From Candidatus Deferrimicrobia bacterium (GTDB taxonomy: Bacteria; Desulfobacterota; Deferrimicrobia; J040), in contig JBFFNJ010000003.1 in the NCBI GenBank assembly GCA_041563215.1, positions 1 to 32,563 of the forward strand: DNA of 32,563 bases. The letters are read 5' to 3'. The notes beneath the pieces were generated by a model. That model did not search any database and was not told where the DNA came from. It saw nothing but the letters and a program-made list of their open reading frames with translations. Made by a program: the position numbers and the translations under genes. Numbering within the stretch: position 1 is the first letter of the stretch; the number at the start of each line of letters is the position of its first letter. Shown piece after piece: positions 28,349 through 32,563 of the stretch.

Positions 28349-28777
28349 ATGCCCAAAGCGAAAAATGGAGATGCTGCGACTGTCCATTATACCGGCAGCC
28401 TCGATGACGGCACGGTGTTCGATTCATCCAAGGACAGGGAACCACTTCAGTTCGTCATCGGGGAGGGGAAGCTGATCCCCGGTTTTGAAGAGGCGGTTAT
28501 TGGCATGGTGCCCGGAGACACGAAAACGGTGACGCTGTCTTCCGATGAGGCCTATGGCCCCCACCGCGGAGAGCTGACGGTGCAGGTGGAGAAGAAGCAG
28601 TTTCCCCCGGACATAGACCCTCAGGTGGGGCAGCATCTTCAGATCCCGCAGCCAGGTGGTGAGGTGGTAAATGTAAGGGTTACCGGGCTGGACGATGCAT
28701 CGGTTACCCTGGACGCGAACCATCCCCTTGCCGGAAAGGATTTGACGTTTCAGATCGACCTTCTCAAACTCAAATGA
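28349..28777 (+). CDS. FKBP-type peptidyl-prolyl isomerase (SlyD/FkpB-like, no His-rich tail)
   Basis: VHYTGSLDDGTVFDSS, LIPGFEEAVIGM, EAYG and LDANHPLAGKDLTF motifs; AGGAGG RBS. Confidence 0.95.
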   Translation: MPKAKNGDAATVHYTGSLDDGTVFDSSKDREPLQFVIGEGKLIPGFEEAVIGMVPGDTKTVTLSSDEAYGPHRGELTVQVEKKQFPPDIDPQVGQHLQIPQPGGEVVNVRVTGLDDASVTLDANHPLAGKDLTFQIDLLKLK

Positions 28778-28877
28778 CGATCCGGTCGCTGCCGGACCGA
28801 AGCTCGCCGGCGATACGGATTTTCACATGCCCTCCGTGAGCGCTGCTCCGCACTGCTTCGGATTTCTGCTTCTCCGG

Positions 28878-29315
28878 CTATTCCCTGATTTCCCCAGCCC
28901 GCCTGATATTGTAGACGGCTTTTCCCTCGGCGATGACGGTCTCTCTGTCCCTGGCGGAATAGACCCTGGTGTTGACGGCTGCAACCCTGTTGCCCACGCG
29001 CAGGACCTCTGATTCAGCGATCAGGTCGTCGTCGGGCCCCGGCCGGAGGTAGTCGACGCGGATGTCGAGAGTCGATATTTTATCCTCGATTTTAAAGTGC
29101 GTCCAGGTCGCTGCCCCGCCACACACATCGATGAGGGTCGCGATTATCCCCCCGTGAATGGCGGGTCGCCGCTGGTCACCGATGAATTCCTGCCGGAAGG
29201 GGAGGGTTAATCTGGCATAACCTTCCCTCAACGCGAGGGTTTTCAGCCCCAGGTGCTTGTTGAAGGGGATCTCGTTCTCCATTAACCGTTTATGCTCATT
29301 AAACTGCTTTTCCAT
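28878..29315 (-). CDS. PaaI-family hotdog-fold thioesterase
   Basis: IPFNKHLGL, IHGGIIATLIDVCGG and STLDIRVDYLRPG motifs; GGGAGG RBS before ATG 29315. Confidence 0.9.
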   Translation of the reverse strand: MEKQFNEHKRLMENEIPFNKHLGLKTLALREGYARLTLPFRQEFIGDQRRPAIHGGIIATLIDVCGGAATWTHFKIEDKISTLDIRVDYLRPGPDDDLIAESEVLRVGNRVAAVNTRVYSARDRETVIAEGKAVYNIRRAGEIRE

Positions 29316-29389
29316 GGCCACCTCCCTGTCTCCGATGCATGATACCACAACTCTTCGGTGAGAGAAGGGCGGGGCAGGGAGCAAAAGAG

Positions 29390-29535
29390 AACCGGTTTCC
29401 CGTTTCCCGTTTCCGGTTGAACTCTAAACGCAAAACTCGAAACTGTATTCCCGTGACTACCGATTCCTTTATTCGCAGTTTACCGTTCATGGTAATGGTA
29501 ATGCGGAATTCGGATTTCGGAATGTGGAATGAAAA
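29390..29535. repeat. Intergenic heptamer tandem-repeat element
   Basis: GTTTCCC-type unit three times; GAACTCTAAACGCAAAACTCGAAACT; GGTAATGCGGAATTCGGATTTCGGAATGTGGAATG. Confidence 0.75.
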
Positions 29536-29607
29536 GCAGGAACGGGGTTCTGTTTGCCTTTGTGAATCAATTTAGAGCAGATATCATCCATAGGAAAGGA
29601 GGATACC

Positions 29608-30183
29608 ATGGCTCATCACAAAAAAGAGGTGCCCGACTCCCCGAGGGACATATGTCCGCTTTTGATAGGTTCCCAGATCCCCGAATTGACGCTTACGGGG
29701 GCCGATGGGAGCCCCGTTGACCTGCGCACGGCGGTTTCCGAGCGGCCTTCCGTCCTGATATTCTACCGCGGCGGCTGGTGACCTTACTGCGACACGCAAT
29801 TGGGACAATTGCACACGATAGAGCAGGAGCTGATAAAGCTGGGTTATCAGATCATCGCAATCAGCCCCGACCGGCCGGAAAAGCTTGTGGAGACTCTCGA
29901 TGCAAAAGGGCTTGGCTACACCCTGTTGTCCGACAGCGGGGTCGAGGCGGCGCGAGCCTTCGGGCTGGCATGGAAGCTGGGACCGGACATTCTCAAGCGG
30001 TACGAGGAGTTCGGTATCGACGTGGAGGAGGCTTCGGGCAGGACGCATCACATGCTGCCCGTCCCGGCGGTCTACATCACCGGGTCCGATGGGAGGGTTG
30101 CATTTCAACACGTCAACCCCGATCACACCGTGAGGATAGACCCCGAGGTTCTCCTGGTTGCGGCGAAAAAGGTGATACAGTAA
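29608..30183 (+). CDS. Selenocysteine-containing AhpC/TSA (peroxiredoxin-like) protein, 191 aa
   Basis: AAGGAGG RBS and ATG 29608. The frame reads ...VLIFYRGGW-TGA(29779)-PYC... and continues in frame into the 29800..30183 ORF (IIAISPD, LLSD, LPVPAVYI). Confidence 0.92.
29796..29812 (+). promoter_or_regulatory. Candidate bacterial SECIS hairpin
   Basis: GCAATTG-GGA-CAATTGC perfect stem; the G-rich loop starts 21 nt after the UGA. Confidence 0.7.
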
Positions 30184-30250
30184 AATAACTGCCTGAATTC
30201 GGGAGCATCTGGCGAAAGTCCCGGGGCCTGTTTCATGGCCGAACGGAAAA

Positions 30251-31525
30251 GTGAGGGAAGACGCCGTGACCCATCCTGCTGGCAGCCCGGGGGGGCGGGC
30301 CGGCTTACTGAAAAATGTGAATGTTCACTACGGCTGGGTCATTGTACTGGCCGGCGGGCTGACGTCGTTCTCCTGCCTCGGGCTGGCCCGGTTCGCTTAC
30401 GCCATGCTCCTGCCTTCGATGGGCAAGGCTCTTGCCCTCGGTTACGACCAGATGGGGTACATCGGAACGGGCAACTTTGTCGGCTATCTCGTTTCCGTCG
30501 CCATGGCCCCCTTTTTCATGAGATGGTTTGGCGGCCGGAGGACGATCACGGCAGGCCTCGTCCTTCTCGCCCTCTGCATGCTCATCATAGGAAAGAGCAG
30601 CGGTTTCACCCAGGTGATCATTCTCTACGTGATGACGGGCATGGGAAGCGGCCTTGCAAACGTACCGATGATGGTGCTGGTCTCTCACTGGTTCTCCCCG
30701 GCAAAAAGAGGGAGGGCTGCAGGCCTCATGCTGGTGGGCAACGGGATAGCGATAATCTTCGCCGGCATGCTCGTGCCTGCCCTCAACCGGCATCTCGGAG
30801 CGGAAGGTTGGCGGGCGGGGTGGTATACCCTCGGGGGCCTCTCACTTGTCATCGCGGTGATTGCAGGTGTGTTCCTTCGCAACTCGCCGGAAGAGAAGAA
30901 CCTCGTGCCCCTTGGGTCGGAGGTGGAAGGCAACCCGGAGAAAGGCCGCGGTACGGAAAACCCCTCCGGGAAGGGCGTTCTGTTTCATCTCGGTATTCTC
31001 TATCTTCTGTTCGGCGCAACCTACATGATATACGGAACCTTCGTCGTCACGACCATGGTAACCGAGCGCGGTATGGCCGAGGTGCTGGCCGGCCGCTTCT
31101 GGGCATGGGTCGGTTTCTTCAGCATCCTTTCCGGGCCCCTCTTCGGTGCCCTCTCGGACCGGATAGGGAGGAGGGGTGGGTTTATGGCGGTTTTCGCCGT
31201 GCAGACCCTCGCATACGGGCTGGTAGGCGTCAAGCTCGGGATGTGGGCCCTCTACCTTTCCATCGCATTGTACGGCCTTTCTGCGTGGAGCATACCGACG
31301 ATCATGGCCGCTGCCGTGGGGGATTATTTCGGGGCGGCGGGCGCTGCCGCCGGATTTTCGATCGTCACCTTCTTCTTCGCGGCAGGCCAGACCATAGGGC
31401 CGAGTCTGGGCGGCATCGTCGCCAAGAGCACGGGCTCATTCGGCAGCAGCTACACGATGGCTGCGGCAATCACGGCGCTTGCCGTTCTTCTCACCTCCTT
31501 CCTGCGCAAGCCGCTTCAGCGGTGA
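30251..31525 (+). CDS. MFS transporter (YbfB/YjiJ-like)
   Basis: GLARFAYAMLLPSM, WFSPAKRGRAAG, GALSDRIGRR and GQTIGP motifs; about 12 TM segments. Start uncertain. Confidence 0.9.
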   Translation: MREDAVTHPAGSPGGRAGLLKNVNVHYGWVIVLAGGLTSFSCLGLARFAYAMLLPSMGKALALGYDQMGYIGTGNFVGYLVSVAMAPFFMRWFGGRRTITAGLVLLALCMLIIGKSSGFTQVIILYVMTGMGSGLANVPMMVLVSHWFSPAKRGRAAGLMLVGNGIAIIFAGMLVPALNRHLGAEGWRAGWYTLGGLSLVIAVIAGVFLRNSPEEKNLVPLGSEVEGNPEKGRGTENPSGKGVLFHLGILYLLFGATYMIYGTFVVTTMVTERGMAEVLAGRFWAWVGFFSILSGPLFGALSDRIGRRGGFMAVFAVQTLAYGLVGVKLGMWALYLSIALYGLSAWSIPTIMAAAVGDYFGAAGAAAGFSIVTFFFAAGQTIGPSLGGIVAKSTGSFGSSYTMAAAITALAVLLTSFLRKPLQR

Positions 31526-31723
31526 CCTGGCTCGATCAGCGTTAGAGTATCAACCTTTTCTGGCGTGAAGGGGCGTTTCGAAAGGGCCCGAAGGGGCTCG
31601 AAATCGCCTCGGGGGGGCTGTACTATAATGGTTGAGAGAGGGGATTGATATTCCTGCCGGCGTTCCGTGGGGGAGACAAGCAGAGCCCCCCATGAAGCTG
31701 CGTGATACAGGAGAAGTGAATAC

Positions 31724-32449
31724 ATGGTGAAAAATATGGTTCTCGCCCTGGCCTTTGCACTGCTTTGCGCCTCGAGCGCACGGGCAGGGGAGGCAGGGGA
31801 TGTGGAAAGGTGGATCGGGGAGGCCGAGGCAGTTCTCTCCCGGACAAAGAGCTACACGGCGGTTTTCCACAAGCAGGAGCGGATCGGAGGAAAGCTTCGT
31901 CAAAAGGAGACGATTTTTTTCAAGTTCAAAAGGCCCTTCAAGATCTACATGAAGTGGATCGAGCGGCCCTACAGGGGGCGTGAGCTGATCTATGTGGAGG
32001 GAAGGAACAAAAACAGGATCAAGGCCCGCGAGGGAGGGCTGCTGGGGCTGTTTACCGTAAACCTCGATCCGATGGGCTCGAAGGTGATGCGCGAAAACCG
32101 CCACCCGATAACCGAGTCCGGCCTCGAGAACCTGGTGAAGCTGATCGCGGAGCAGGTCAGAAGGGGCGTGGCCTCAGGAGAGCTCGCGTCAAGGGATCGG
32201 GGGGAGGATGAGGTTTTCGGACGAAGGACGAGGAAATTGGAGGGGATCTTTCCCGGTGATGAGAGGAAGGGCTACTATTGCTACCGAACGGTCCTGGACA
32301 TGGATGTGGAGGCGAAGGTCCCGATCAGGATTCTCGTCTACGATTGGGAGGACAGGCTCATTGAGAACTACGGGTTCGAGGACCTCAGGCTTAACGCGGG
32401 GCTCGCCGAGGAGGACTTCAACCCGGACAATCCCGAATACGGCTTCTGA
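31724..32449 (+). CDS. Secreted DUF1571-like protein
   Basis: Signal peptide (ASSARA); YTAVFHKQERIGGKL, KRPFKIYMKW, GRELIYVEG, RHPITESG and LNAGLAEEDFNPDNPEYGF motifs. Confidence 0.78.
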   Translation: MVKNMVLALAFALLCASSARAGEAGDVERWIGEAEAVLSRTKSYTAVFHKQERIGGKLRQKETIFFKFKRPFKIYMKWIERPYRGRELIYVEGRNKNRIKAREGGLLGLFTVNLDPMGSKVMRENRHPITESGLENLVKLIAEQVRRGVASGELASRDRGEDEVFGRRTRKLEGIFPGDERKGYYCYRTVLDMDVEAKVPIRILVYDWEDRLIENYGFEDLRLNAGLAEEDFNPDNPEYGF

Positions 32450-32494
32450 CAGGGTAGACGCGGAACGAGAGATAACAGCCACATTGGAATACGC

Positions 32495-32563
32495 GGTAAT
32501 GCGGAATTCGGAATTCGGAATGCGGAATGCGGAATGGGAAATAAAACCAGTTTAGAGTTTCTC
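32495..32563. repeat. Intergenic heptamer tandem-repeat element (truncated by window edge)
   Basis: GGTAATGCGGAATTCGGAATTCGGAATGCGGAATGCGGAATG..CAGTTTAGAGTT; homologous to the reverse complement of about 21058-21101. Confidence 0.8.

Noticed and set aside
29779-29781. Nonsense mutation or pseudogene in the Prx-like gene
   Set aside because: The stop is TGA exactly at the redox Cys position and is followed by a SECIS-like hairpin, so Sec recoding is the better explanation.
30235-31545. 436-aa alternative-frame ORF over the MFS gene
   Set aside because: Arg/Gly/His-rich off-frame translation typical of high-GC coding DNA.

Overview
GC-rich bacterial chromosomal window, probably from an anaerobic deltaproteobacterium (Desulfobacterota-like; inferred from gene content only). 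I found no rRNA, tRNA, CRISPR array or transposase. In order: a GldA/GldF/GldG/DUF4340-type ABC operon; assorted redox, repair and housekeeping genes; then a regulated redox locus. Its regulator is a heme-c-motif sensor kinase, an archaemetzincin and an NtrC-type regulator. Its apparent target is an operon behind a perfect sigma-54 promoter, encoding a small membrane peptide, three atypical GcvH-fold proteins, a Tat-exported HybA/HmcB-like 4x[4Fe-4S] protein and a HybB/HmcC-like NrfD membrane protein, with no catalytic subunit. Next come an HExxH gene flanked by degenerate direct repeats and a 1681-aa multi-SDR protein. The latter carries two YxxRxxY motifs of Chloroflexus-type malonyl-CoA reductase, apparently in reversed module order, plus an unknown N-terminal region of about 550 aa. 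The ORF track missed a UGA-recoded selenoprotein (Prx-like, UxxC, with a SECIS-like hairpin). Several intergenic heptamer-repeat elements are also present. All family calls come from motif recognition by eye; no database search was run.
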